Positions 36,036 to 45,360 are shown, numbered from the stretch's first letter. The stretch: DNA of 64,000 bases from Clostridia bacterium (GCA_017466375.1 JAFTUH010000066.1:18038-82037), one strand, 5' to 3'. Numbers and translations are program-made. Notes: generated by a model from the sequence alone, not told the origin.

Positions 36036-36488
36036 ATGAACCTTATCGCACCCTTATTGGCGCAAGCGGCTACTGCGAGTGAGGAACCCGGTCTGCTCTT
36101 CGTCCCGATTATGGGAATCTGTACAGTTCTGCTCGGACTTACGTGTATTATTCTGCTCTGCACGCTGATGAGCAAGGTCTGTCGGCTTCTTGAAAAATCG
36201 GAAACGGACAAGCCCTCCGCCCCTGCACAGACGGCTTCCCCTGCTGCCTCAGCCCCTATCCCAAACAAAGGCGAACTTGTTGCCGCTATCTCGGCTGCTC
36301 TCGCTGAAGAACTCGGCACGGATATTTCCGCGATCCGCATCCATTCCCTGCGCCGCGTCGGTGCTCCGGCTCCTGCGGCCGATCCCGCACACGGTGAGCT
36401 CGTTGCCGCTATCTCGACAGCCCTCGCCGAAGAACTCGGCACGGATATTTCCGCGATCCGCATCCATTCCCTGCGGAAAGTCGGCTAA
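36036..36488 (+). CDS. OadG-like small membrane subunit of a Na+-translocating decarboxylase, with a duplicated C-terminal module
   Basis: ATG 36036 has AAAGGAG upstream. One TM helix (LLFVPIMGICTVLLGLTCIILLC), then two copies of GELVAAIS.ALAEELGTDISAIRIHSLR.VG. Sits first in the operon, like oadG. Confidence 0.6.
   Translation: MNLIAPLLAQAATASEEPGLLFVPIMGICTVLLGLTCIILLCTLMSKVCRLLEKSETDKPSAPAQTASPAASAPIPNKGELVAAISAALAEELGTDISAIRIHSLRRVGAPAPAADPAHGELVAAISTALAEELGTDISAIRIHSLRKVG
36270..36485 (+). repeat. Tandem in-frame duplication, period 123 bp (41 aa)
   Basis: Unit 1 is 36270-36392; unit 2 is 36393-36485. A 47-nt block is perfectly identical between them (36306-36352 equals 36429-36475). 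Confidence 0.9.
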
Positions 36489-36546
36489 GCCGCCCTTTCG
36501 CATCACTATCAAATTTTGAAAATTATAAAAAGGTAGGTATCCTTTC

Positions 36547-36942
36547 ATGAAAACGTATAGAGTTAATGTAAACGGAAACGTCTATGATGTCACCATCGAA
36601 GTTCTCGACGGCGCACCGGCCGCTTCGAAAGCAGCTCCGGCTCCGGCTGCTGCACCTGCTCCGGCTGCTGCACCGGCTCCGGCTGCTGCACCTGCGCCTG
36701 CCGCCGCTCCTGCTCCGGCTGCTGCCGGCTCTGAAAGCATCAACGCGCCGATGCCGGGCACGATCCTTGCCGTAAACGTAACGAACGGCGCTTCCGTCAA
36801 GAAGGGCGACGTTCTCTTCATCCTTGAAGCTATGAAGATGGAGAACGAGATCATGGCTCCCCGCGACGGCGTTGTCGCTTCCGTCAATACCACCAAGGGA
36901 TCCTCTGTTGAATCCGGCGCTGTTCTCTGCACGCTGGCATAA
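36547..36942 (+). CDS. Biotin carboxyl carrier (biotinyl-domain) subunit
   Basis: 131 aa. (AAAPAP)n linker and the biotinylation motif EAMKMENEI. Confidence 0.9.
   Translation: MKTYRVNVNGNVYDVTIEVLDGAPAASKAAPAPAAAPAPAAAPAPAAAPAPAAAPAPAAAGSESINAPMPGTILAVNVTNGASVKKGDVLFILEAMKMENEIMAPRDGVVASVNTTKGSSVESGAVLCTLA
36631..36729 (+). repeat. 18-nt periodic coding repeat encoding an (AAAPAP)5 linker
   Basis: Read from the translation: AAPAPAAAPAPAAAPAPAAAPAPAAAPAPAAAG. Confidence 0.9.
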
Positions 36943-36960
36943 TAAGCGGAGGAATCATCC

Positions 36961-38136
36961 GTGGAAACCATCATCAACTTTCTGAACCAGACCGGCTTCT
37001 CCATGATCGCCGACAACTGGAAGGTTCTTGTGATGATCGGGATTTCCTGCCTGCTCATGTATCTTGCGATCGTCAAGAAATTTGAGCCGATGCTGCTGCT
37101 TCCCATCGCCTTCGGTATGCTTCTCACAAACCTGCCCGGTTCCGAGATGTTCCACGAGGCGCTCTTTGCGGACGGCCATGTCCACTGGGATCTGTTCGGC
37201 GGCGGCGGTGAAATCACCCCCGGTCTGATCGACTACCTCTACCTCGGCGTAAAGCTGGGTATTTATCCCTGTCTCATCTTCCTCGGCGTCGGCGCTATGA
37301 CTGACTTCGGTCCGCTGATCGCCAACCCGAAGAGTCTGCTCCTCGGCGGTGCGGCTCAGGTCGGTATTTTTGCCACTTACATCGCTGCGAGCCTTATGGG
37401 ATTTGATCCGGCGGAGGCTTCCTCCATCGGTATCATCGGCGGCGCGGACGGTCCGACGGCAATCTTCGTCACCACGCAGCTTGCGCCGCATCTGCTCGGT
37501 CCGATCGCCGTGGCAGCGTACTCCTACATGGCACTTGTGCCCGTCATTCAGCCTCCGATCATGAAAGCACTGACGACCAAGGCAGAGCGTCAGATCGTCA
37601 TGACCACGCTCCGTCCCGTGTCCAAGCGTGAGAAGATCATCTTCCCCATCGTTATCACGATCTTTGTGGCGCTCCTCGTTCCCACTGCAACACCGCTTGT
37701 CGGCTGTCTCATGCTCGGCAATCTGTTCAAGGAATGCGGTGCCGTTGAACGTCTGAATAAGACGGCGCAGAACGAACTTATGAATATCGTTACGATCATG
37801 CTCGGCATCTCTGTCGGCGCTACCGCTACGGCGGACACGTTCCTCGCTTGGGACACGATCAAGATCATCGTCATGGGTGTCATCGCGTTCGGTCTCGGTA
37901 CCGCGGGCGGCGTGCTTCTTGCCAAGTTCATGAACCTCTTCCTGAAGAACAAGATCAATCCGCTGATCGGCTCCGCAGGCGTTTCTGCCGTACCGATGGC
38001 GGCGCGTGTATCCCAGGTCGTCGGACAGAAGGAGAACCCCAAGAACTTCCTCCTCATGCACGCGATGGGTCCGAATGTCGCCGGCGTTATCGGCTCTGCC
38101 ATCGCCGCAGGCGTTCTGCTCGCCCTGTTCGGCTGA
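36961..38136 (+). CDS. oadB: Na+-translocating decarboxylase beta subunit
   Basis: GTG start with GGAGG 8 nt upstream. 391 aa, polytopic, OadB/GcdB/MmdB-like ([26 protein letters not shown]). Confidence 0.9.
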   Translation: METIINFLNQTGFSMIADNWKVLVMIGISCLLMYLAIVKKFEPMLLLPIAFGMLLTNLPGSEMFHEALFADGHVHWDLFGGGGEITPGLIDYLYLGVKLGIYPCLIFLGVGAMTDFGPLIANPKSLLLGGAAQVGIFATYIAASLMGFDPAEASSIGIIGGADGPTAIFVTTQLAPHLLGPIAVAAYSYMALVPVIQPPIMKALTTKAERQIVMTTLRPVSKREKIIFPIVITIFVALLVPTATPLVGCLMLGNLFKECGAVERLNKTAQNELMNIVTIMLGISVGATATADTFLAWDTIKIIVMGVIAFGLGTAGGVLLAKFMNLFLKNKINPLIGSAGVSAVPMAARVSQVVGQKENPKNFLLMHAMGPNVAGVIGSAIAAGVLLALFG

Positions 38137-38169
38137 TGCCGCATGCTATTTTGCTGAAAGGATTACATT

Positions 38170-39597
38170 ATGGCAACAAAACTTCGTATTACAGATACCA
38201 TTCTCCGCGATGCGCACCAGTCCCAGGCGGCTACGCGTATGCGTCTGGAGGATATGCTCCCTGCCTGTGAGCTTCTCGATAAGGCGGGATATTGGTCTCT
38301 CGAGTGCTGGGGCGGCGCTACGTTCGATGCCTGCATGCGCTTTCTGAACGAGGATCCGTGGGAAAGACTGCGCGCGCTCAAGAAGGCGATGCCCAACACG
38401 AAGCTCCAGATGCTCTTCCGCGGACAGAACATCCTCGGCTACAAGCATTACGCGGATGACGTCGTGGACGCATTCGTTAAGAAATCCATTGAAAACGGTA
38501 TCGAAGTCATCCGTATCTTCGACGCGCTGAACGATCCCAGAAACCTGAAGCAGGCAGTTGAGTCGTGCAAAAAGTACGGCGGCATCTGCGAGACCGCGAT
38601 CAGCTACACCTCCTCTCCCGTGCACAACGAGGACTACTTCGTCCGCCTTGCCATGGATCTGGAGAAGATGGGCGCAGACGTCATCTGCATCAAGGATATG
38701 GCGAATCTGCTCCTGCCGTTTGATGCATACTCCCTCGTGAAAAAGCTGAAGCAGAACGTCGGCGTGCCGATTCATCTGCACACGCACAACACGACCGGTA
38801 CGGGCGATATGGTCTACCTCATGGCGGCACAGGCCGGTGTTGATATCGTAGATACCGCACTCTCCCCGCTGGCAAACGGCACGTCTCAGCCGGCTACGGA
38901 ATCCCTCGTCGCTACGATGATGGGCACCGAGCGCGATACGGAACTGGATCTTGCCCTGCTCAGCAAGGCAGCATCCTATTTCCGCGGCATTGCGAAGAAG
39001 CTGACCGATTCGGGCGATCTCAATCCGAAGGTGCTCAGCGTGGATACGAACACCCTGCTCTATCAGGTGCCGGGCGGCATGCTCTCCAACCTGATCTCTC
39101 AGCTCAAGCAGGCAAACGCCGAGGACAAGTACTACGAGGTGCTTGCAGAAGTGCCGCGCGTCCGTAAGGATTTCGGCTATCCGCCGCTGGTTACGCCGAC
39201 GAGCCAGATCGTCGGTACGCAGGCCGTTCTGAACGTGCTCTCCGGCGAGAGATACAAGATGATCACGAAGGAATCCAAGGCAGTTCTTCGCGGCGAATAC
39301 GGCCGTCTCCCCGCTCCTGTGAACGAGGAAGTCCGCAAGAAGGCGATCGGCGACGATCCCGTCATCGAGTGCCGTCCGGCTGACATGATCGAGCCGGAGC
39401 TGGAGAAGTACCGCGAGGAAGCGAAAGATCTCGCAAAGTGCGAGGAGGACGTACTGAGTTACGCACTCTTCCCGCAGGTCGCATCGAAATTTCTCAAGGA
39501 AAAATACGATCCCACGCCGAAGGCGCCCGAGGCTCCTGCCAAGGCTGCAGACCCCGGTGCACCGCGTGAACTGTACGTGGAAGACCTCTCCGTCTGA
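38170..39597 (+). CDS. oadA: Oxaloacetate decarboxylase alpha subunit, carboxyltransferase (5S-type) domain without a biotinyl domain
   Basis: 475 aa starting LRITDTILRDAHQS..ECWGGATFD. Contains the HLHTHNTTG metal-binding motif. The C-terminus lacks an AMKM motif. Confidence 0.9.
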   Translation: MATKLRITDTILRDAHQSQAATRMRLEDMLPACELLDKAGYWSLECWGGATFDACMRFLNEDPWERLRALKKAMPNTKLQMLFRGQNILGYKHYADDVVDAFVKKSIENGIEVIRIFDALNDPRNLKQAVESCKKYGGICETAISYTSSPVHNEDYFVRLAMDLEKMGADVICIKDMANLLLPFDAYSLVKKLKQNVGVPIHLHTHNTTGTGDMVYLMAAQAGVDIVDTALSPLANGTSQPATESLVATMMGTERDTELDLALLSKAASYFRGIAKKLTDSGDLNPKVLSVDTNTLLYQVPGGMLSNLISQLKQANAEDKYYEVLAEVPRVRKDFGYPPLVTPTSQIVGTQAVLNVLSGERYKMITKESKAVLRGEYGRLPAPVNEEVRKKAIGDDPVIECRPADMIEPELEKYREEAKDLAKCEEDVLSYALFPQVASKFLKEKYDPTPKAPEAPAKAADPGAPRELYVEDLSV

Positions 39598-39607
39598 GAA
39601 TAACAGA

Positions 39608-39640
39608 ACACCGCACTCCGATTGGAGTGCGGTGTTTTTT
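39608..39640. terminator. Terminator between the convergent oadA and recG genes
   Basis: 12-bp stem ACACCGCACTCC / GGAGTGCGGTGT, then T6. Abuts the recG stop. Confidence 0.85.
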
Positions 39641-41802
39641 CAGTTCAGTGTAGTTGTCAGCTTCTCACGCATACTGTCCACGGCTTCGCGCAGGATTTCA
39701 TGCTCGGGCATCTGAAGTGTCGGATCGGTATCAAGCAGGGCGCGTGCTTCGTCCATCGCCTCACCGAGGAGCGCAAAATCGCCGCTTTCTGCGGGAATCG
39801 GCAAGAGATTCGCACCATGCTGGCGCACGGAACCTCCGCCGCCGATGAACTCACCTGGACCGCGCAGGGCGAGATCCTCCTCCGCGATAGCAAAGCCGTC
39901 GTTACTTTTCCGGAGGACATCAAGACGGCGGCGCGCCGTCTCCCCTTTCGCATCGGAGACGAGGACGCAGTACGATTTCGCCTTGCCGCGTCCGACTCTG
40001 CCGCGCAGCTGATGCAGTTGGGCAAGCCCGAACCGCTCGGCATTCTCGACGATCATCAAAGTCGCGTTCGGCACGTTGACGCCTACCTCGATCACCGTTG
40101 TGGAGACAAGCACGTCGATCTCCCCCTCCGCGAAAGTGCGCATCGTGCGGTCTTTCTCCGCCGTTTTCATCTTACCGTGCACGAATGCCACGGTGAGATC
40201 GGGGAAAACCTCGTTCTGCAGCTTTGCGGCGTACTCAACAGCCGCTTTGAGAGGCGGCTTCTCCGAAAGGGAATCCGTCTCCTCCGTCAGCAGAAAATCC
40301 GCAAGTTCCTCGGGGTCCTCCGTGCGCTTCTTTTTCGATTCGGGATTCTCCTCTACCGACGGACAAACGATGTACACCTGATGCCCGTCATCGATCTGCC
40401 GGCGGATAAAAGCGTACAGGCGATCGCGGTACGATTCATCGACCACGAACGTATCGACCTTCTGCCTGCCGGGCGGCATCTCGTCCAGTCGGGAGACGGC
40501 AAGTCCACCGTACGCAACGAGAGACAGCGAACGCGGAATCGGTGTTGCGCTCATCGTGAGCATATGGACACCCTCGCCCTTCTCGGCAAGCGCCGCACGC
40601 TGGGCAACGCCGAATCGGTGCTGTTCATCCTCAATCACAAGACCGAGGCGAGGAAACGTCACGCCTGCGCTGATGAGCGCGTGTGTACCGATCACAACAT
40701 CGGCACCGGATTCGATCTCGGCGTGAAGCTTGCGCTTCTGTGCCGCACTGAGCGATCCCGTGAGAAGCACGGTGCGGATTCCGCACGATTCCAAAAGCGG
40801 GGTAAGCTCCCGGGCATGCTGTGTGGCAAGAATCTCCGTCGGCGCCATGATGGCGCACTGGTATCCGTTTTTCGCCGCGATGTACGCCGCCGCCGCCGCG
40901 ACGACTGTTTTGCCCGATCCGACATCTCCAAGCAGGATTCGGTTCATACGAACGCCGGCGGCGAGATCGGCGGAAATTTCCAAAACGGACCGTTTCTGCG
41001 CGCCCGTCAGTTCGTACGGAAGCCGTGAAAGAAGCGGCGCGAGATCAATCTGCTGCATCCGCACCGACGTTTCAGTATTCGTCTGCGCGTTTGCCGCCGC
41101 CATCATCAGTCCAAGGGAGAAATACTCCTCAAACACAAGTCTGCGCCGTGCACGGAGAAGGCTGTCTGCATCCGCGGGGGCATGGATGCTCCGCAGTGCA
41201 TACGAAAGCGTACAGAGTCCGCGCCGTGCCATCACATCTGTAGGCAGGGTCTCGGAAATCTGCGCCGCAGCCGATGTAAGTGCATCGCGGATCAGTCCCG
41301 CCAGCACCTTCTGCGACAGACCTGCGGCAAGTCGGTACACGGGCACGATTGCGGGCAGCGTCCGCTCGGGAATGATCGGCTCGTGGATCGGCGAGGAAAG
41401 CTTCAGCGTACGTCCCTCCAGCGTCGCCCGTCCGAAAAAGCGGAATTCCCCGCCCGTATGGAATACGTCCCTGAGATAGCTTTGATTGAAATACGTGATC
41501 TCACAAACGCCCGTAGCGTCAAAAGCGCGGAATTTCAACACGGACATCCCGCGGCGGATTACGCGGTATGTCGGCTCGGCAGACACGGTGAGCAGCATCG
41601 ACACGGGCATCTCCCCGCCGCCTGCACGGATACGGTCCGTCACCTCTGCGACGGTGCGCACATCTCCGCGGCACTGATATCCGCGCGGATAATGGCGAAG
41701 CAGATCCTGCACGGTGAGGATGCCGAGAGACGCAAGCGCCGACGCACGCGCCTCACCGACACCGCGCATAACGGATACGGGGGATGAAAGAGTAAGCGGC
41801 AT
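39640..41802 (-). CDS. recG: ATP-dependent DNA helicase RecG
   Basis: 720 aa. Wedge/OB N-terminal domain, Walker A GDVGSGKT, DEQHRFGV, and the C-terminal motif QLHQLRGRVGRG. Confidence 0.95.
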   Translation of the reverse strand: MPLTLSSPVSVMRGVGEARASALASLGILTVQDLLRHYPRGYQCRGDVRTVAEVTDRIRAGGGEMPVSMLLTVSAEPTYRVIRRGMSVLKFRAFDATGVCEITYFNQSYLRDVFHTGGEFRFFGRATLEGRTLKLSSPIHEPIIPERTLPAIVPVYRLAAGLSQKVLAGLIRDALTSAAAQISETLPTDVMARRGLCTLSYALRSIHAPADADSLLRARRRLVFEEYFSLGLMMAAANAQTNTETSVRMQQIDLAPLLSRLPYELTGAQKRSVLEISADLAAGVRMNRILLGDVGSGKTVVAAAAAYIAAKNGYQCAIMAPTEILATQHARELTPLLESCGIRTVLLTGSLSAAQKRKLHAEIESGADVVIGTHALISAGVTFPRLGLVIEDEQHRFGVAQRAALAEKGEGVHMLTMSATPIPRSLSLVAYGGLAVSRLDEMPPGRQKVDTFVVDESYRDRLYAFIRRQIDDGHQVYIVCPSVEENPESKKKRTEDPEELADFLLTEETDSLSEKPPLKAAVEYAAKLQNEVFPDLTVAFVHGKMKTAEKDRTMRTFAEGEIDVLVSTTVIEVGVNVPNATLMIVENAERFGLAQLHQLRGRVGRGKAKSYCVLVSDAKGETARRRLDVLRKSNDGFAIAEEDLALRGPGEFIGGGGSVRQHGANLLPIPAESGDFALLGEAMDEARALLDTDPTLQMPEHEILREAVDSMREKLTTTLN

Positions 41803-41932
41803 ATGCGCCTCCTGTTTTTGATCTTATAGAATTATTTTACACTTTTTCTCCGCTCTTTGCAAGAGGAGAACGCATTTTCCGTATAACAAGACTACGAAAT
41901 GCCGATTCTGCAATGCTTTTTTGCGAATCTCC

Positions 41933-41962
41933 TTGACGAAGCACGCCTTTTTGCGGTATAAT
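41933..41962 (+). promoter_or_regulatory. Sigma-70-type promoter for the fusion gene
   Basis: TTGACG (41933-38), 18 nt, TATAAT (41957-62). Confidence 0.5.
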
Positions 41963-42014
41963 AAAATGATAAATTGTTTATTTGTGTGATAAGCCGCAGA
42001 CTGGAGGTGATCGT

Positions 42015-43268
42015 ATGCCGGCACGCCACGAAATCCGACTCAGCCGACATATGTCCTCGTGGGACAGTGAGGCATCCGTTCTCATCACCCGACTGCGATC
42101 TGTGCTGGAGGAAAACGCCGCCGATATACAGCACATCGGATCCACCGCAGTACGCGGCATTTTAGCCGTCCCCGTCATTGACGTTGCGGTCGGTCTCACG
42201 GAGGACGCGGATGTGGAATCGGCTGTGAAAAGCCTTACGGATGCCGGATTCTTCCGCATCAAAACGGACGAAACGGGATGTATCCGCATGGCATCGCGGC
42301 ACCGTACCCGTCCGCAGGACGCGTATCATCTGTACATCACACGGCACAAAAGTCCTGCGTGGCAGGATCTGATCACGTTCCGACACTATTTGAACAATCA
42401 CGTATTTGCCGCAAACGAATACGAGGAACTGAAAAAATCGCTTGCGGAGAAATACCGCACAAATCCGCAGGCGTATGCAGCCGGCAAATCGAAGTTTATA
42501 CAGAACATTCTCCGTCTCAGCTTTACGGATCCCTTTCTCGGACGGCATCTGACGATCGTCATCGACCGTCCGCTGGGAAGTGTGCATCCCGATCATCCGA
42601 ATCTGAAATACGAACTGAACTACGGTTTCGTGCCGGGTATTCCTGCCCCCGACGGAGAGAATCTCGACGCATACATCTACGGTGTGCACAAGCCTGTCCG
42701 CAGATTTACCGGCACAGTGATCGCGGTCGTCCACCGCAGAAACGACACGGAAGACAAGCTGATCGTCGCTCCGAGCGGTGTTGTCGCGTATGAGCCGATG
42801 CTCGAAGAGGCTGTCCGCTTCGCCGAGCAGTATTTTGACACTTCCCTCATCTGCATATACGAAAAATCCTGCGGCGCGATCATCTACCGCATCCGTGAGG
42901 ACGGTGTCATCGAGTATCTGATTCTGTACCAGCACCGTTCGGGTACGTGGAGCGTGCCGAAGGGGCATATTGCCGCCGGTGAGACGGAGGAGGAGACAGC
43001 ACTGCGCGAAATCCGCGAGGAAACGGGCTTGCACGTCTCGCTGATCGACGGCTTCCGCAAAGAGATGTCCTACACCGTCTCCGCAAAGGCATCCAAAAAC
43101 GTTGTGATCTTCCTTGCCAAGTCGGAGGGAGAGCTCACCCTCGGTGAAAACGAGATTTCCGATGCACTCTGGGCAGACAAGGCCACCGCCATCCGAAAGC
43201 TCGGAGGGAGAAGCATCGGTCGCATCATTGAAGCGGCGGAGGTGTTTATCCGCGCACGCCACAGATAA
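42015..43268 (+). CDS. Three-domain fusion: GrpB (UPF0157) / short inorganic-pyrophosphatase-like / Nudix hydrolase
   Basis: ATG 42015 has GGAGG upstream.
- GrpB-like domain: IQHIGSTAVRGILAVPVIDV.
- PPase-like domain: IDRPLGSVHPDHP..YGFVPG..DGENLDAYI..IAVVHRRNDTEDKLIVAP.
- Nudix box: GHIAAGETEEETALREIREETGL. Confidence 0.8.
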   Translation: MPARHEIRLSRHMSSWDSEASVLITRLRSVLEENAADIQHIGSTAVRGILAVPVIDVAVGLTEDADVESAVKSLTDAGFFRIKTDETGCIRMASRHRTRPQDAYHLYITRHKSPAWQDLITFRHYLNNHVFAANEYEELKKSLAEKYRTNPQAYAAGKSKFIQNILRLSFTDPFLGRHLTIVIDRPLGSVHPDHPNLKYELNYGFVPGIPAPDGENLDAYIYGVHKPVRRFTGTVIAVVHRRNDTEDKLIVAPSGVVAYEPMLEEAVRFAEQYFDTSLICIYEKSCGAIIYRIREDGVIEYLILYQHRSGTWSVPKGHIAAGETEEETALREIREETGLHVSLIDGFRKEMSYTVSAKASKNVVIFLAKSEGELTLGENEISDALWADKATAIRKLGGRSIGRIIEAAEVFIRARHR

Positions 43269-43270
43269 CA

Positions 43271-43300
43271 AAAGCCCCGACACCGAGGTATCGGGGGCTT
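43271..43300. terminator. Hairpin between the convergent fusion gene and S1-domain gene
   Basis: 10-bp stem AAAGCCCCGA / TCGGGGCTTT. The minus-strand reading is followed by TTTTGTTAT. Confidence 0.6.
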
Positions 43301-43423
43301 TGTGAAGCTGTATCGAAAATTCTGCCGTCATTTACCGCATCCCGATTTTTCCAATCCCCTGCTTTGATAAACCAAGCCGTTTCGGCTCACTCTATCCTAT
43401 GTAAGGATACAGAATCGGGTCGC

Positions 43424-44437
43424 TTAGGCAGGATCAGAGTCAAATTCCGTGCCGATATACTTCGGGCAATCCGGCGGCGAATACCGCCACGACGAAAGGT
43501 GCCTGACTGTATCCGTATCCACGAAATACCGCATCCGACGCGGCGCGTGCTCTGCGTGTGCATCGATAATGACAAGCTTGATCTTCATCCGTTCGGGCAC
43601 GATGCTTTTTATGTACACGGCGCATACGTCACCTACGGATACACCCTCGCGCACCTCCGCCAGCCCGGCGAGATTCGGCGCAAGCTCTACGAAAATCCCG
43701 TACGGCTCAATGGAGCGGACAATGCCGGAGACTGTCTGTGTCGGCGCAAACGAAGCGGCATTCTCCAGCCACGTGCCGAGAAGCTCTCGGTGTGTCATGT
43801 ACACGCGTCCGCTATCCGCGTCAATGCTTTTGACGATCGCCATGATCTGCTCGCCCGGAGAAAATCTGTCGGACGGGTGCGAGATGCGGGACACGGAGAT
43901 ACAGTCCACCGTTAGAAGCGAAACGATCCCGCAGCCGATGTCGACAAACGCGCCGAACGGCTCCAGATGCGTCACCTTCGACGGAATAATGTCCCCCGCA
44001 CGAAGCCGCAGAACGAAATTCCGCATACACTCTGCCTGCGCCGCCCGTCGGGAGAGCCGCACGCGCACACCGCCCTCTCCGCGCTCGATCCCGATCACCT
44101 TGAAACAGACCGGCTTGCCTACGCGCGTGATGATGGCGATATCCTTGATCTCTCCGTCATCGTGATTGTATACGGCTTCCTCCCGCTCGATGATCCCGAT
44201 GATCCCGTGCAGATCGACGCGAAGGCTCATGCTCGTACAGTCGCACATGAGCACGATCCCTTCCAGAATCCGTCCCTGCGCCATGGCTCTCTCCAGCCCG
44301 TGCAGCGAGGACGTATACGCCGTATTCTCTGCTGTACCGATCCGTGCACCCTCCGGTGCGTATCTTTTTTCCGTCATTTTCTCCATGCCCTCTTTCCGTT
44401 TTTCTACTGTATCTTCGGTTTTTGCACGGTAAATCAT
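43424..44437 (-). CDS. S1 RNA-binding-domain protein (multiple S1 repeats)
   Basis: ORF 43424-44488. ATG 44437 has GGAG 9 nt upstream. S1-like segments: GDIIPSKVTHLEPFGAFVDIG and VSGIVRSIEPYGIFVELAPN. Confidence 0.78.
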   Translation of the reverse strand: MIYRAKTEDTVEKRKEGMEKMTEKRYAPEGARIGTAENTAYTSSLHGLERAMAQGRILEGIVLMCDCTSMSLRVDLHGIIGIIEREEAVYNHDDGEIKDIAIITRVGKPVCFKVIGIERGEGGVRVRLSRRAAQAECMRNFVLRLRAGDIIPSKVTHLEPFGAFVDIGCGIVSLLTVDCISVSRISHPSDRFSPGEQIMAIVKSIDADSGRVYMTHRELLGTWLENAASFAPTQTVSGIVRSIEPYGIFVELAPNLAGLAEVREGVSVGDVCAVYIKSIVPERMKIKLVIIDAHAEHAPRRMRYFVDTDTVRHLSSWRYSPPDCPKYIGTEFDSDPA

Positions 44438-44508
44438 ATGACGGTGCTCCTTACGATATTCCAACAGGCACGGTACGCCTGCAATCATTACCTCACGGAG
44501 GAAACAGT

Positions 44509-45360
44509 ATGCTGAAAAAATCCATTTTCGCCGAAATCGGCACCGTACTGGCAGGCAGTATCCTGTTTGCCCTCTCTCTCGCCTTTTTTCTGACGCCGTC
44601 CGGCATCGTCGTCGGCGGTGCGACCGGTATTTCCGTTACCCTGCACGAGCTCATCTCGCTCCCTGTCGGTGTCGGTATCTTTCTCGTAAACCTGCCGCTT
44701 GTGCTGCTCAATATCAAGGTTGCCGGATTCCGCGGCATGTCCCGCACTATGATCGGCATTCTGGCTACGTCCGTCTTCACCGATCTGCTCGCTTTCTTCC
44801 CTCCGGCATCTGCAGATCCGCTGCTCAGTTCCTTCTGCGGCGGTGCCATGATGGGTGCCGGTGCCGGTATCATGCTGATGCGCGGCTACACAACGGGCGG
44901 CTCCGATCTCGCGGCGTATCTCATTCACCGCAAGGCACGCCGTTTTCCCGTCGGTACGCTGATCCTTATCATTGACGGGGTGATCATACTCGGCGCCGCT
45001 CTCCTACTCAAGCGGTATGACGGAATTCTCTACTCCGTGGCAACGGCGATTGCGTATTCCGTCTCGATCGACACCGTCATGAACGGTCTCGGACGCGCAA
45101 AGCTTGCCCTCATCATCTCCGAGCAATATGAAAAAATCAGCAACGAAATCACGAAAAGTCTCAACCGCGGTGTCACTGTCTTGCACGGCTTCGGCTGGTA
45201 TACAGGCAAAGATAAAAACGTCGTTATGTGCGTCATGAAGCGCTCCGAGCTCTTCTCTCTGCAAAAGCTCGTGAAGGAAACGGATCCGAATGCATTCATG
45301 ATTATCACAGACGCTGCCGAGGTCATCGGCGACGGCTTCAGTTCCATGGCGGAAAAGTAA
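44509..45360 (+). CDS. YitT family membrane protein (with a DUF2179 C-terminal domain)
   Basis: ATG 44509 has GGAGG upstream. Four to five TM helices, then GVTVLHGFGWYTGKDKNVVMCVM..LVKETDPNAFMII. Confidence 0.82.
   Translation: MLKKSIFAEIGTVLAGSILFALSLAFFLTPSGIVVGGATGISVTLHELISLPVGVGIFLVNLPLVLLNIKVAGFRGMSRTMIGILATSVFTDLLAFFPPASADPLLSSFCGGAMMGAGAGIMLMRGYTTGGSDLAAYLIHRKARRFPVGTLILIIDGVIILGAALLLKRYDGILYSVATAIAYSVSIDTVMNGLGRAKLALIISEQYEKISNEITKSLNRGVTVLHGFGWYTGKDKNVVMCVMKRSELFSLQKLVKETDPNAFMIITDAAEVIGDGFSSMAEK

Noticed and set aside
35774-36463. A 229-aa minus-strand ORF with an internal repeat (MRIAEISVPSSSARA appears twice).
   Set aside because: It is the mirror image of the 123-bp duplication in the OadG-like gene. 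The plus-strand gene has an RBS, a TM helix and operon context, and the antisense ORF has none of these.
36631-36729. Regular short-period nucleotide repeats that could be mistaken for a CRISPR-like or VNTR array.
   Set aside because: The period is 18 nt with no spacers. The repeat lies in frame inside the biotin-carrier gene, where it encodes an (AAAPAP)5 flexible linker. No cas genes are present in the window.
39622-41028. A 468-aa plus-strand ORF. Other long antisense ORFs of the same kind are 18440-19870, 42162-43331, 47219-48517, 51654-52916, 57861-59162 and 59707-61704.
   Set aside because: Each lies opposite a gene with clear family motifs (recG, purC/sigma, the Nudix fusion, the P-type ATPase, the solute-binding protein, MBOAT/DHHW, the GH-like protein). 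All have the same biased composition. They are treated as shadow ORFs.
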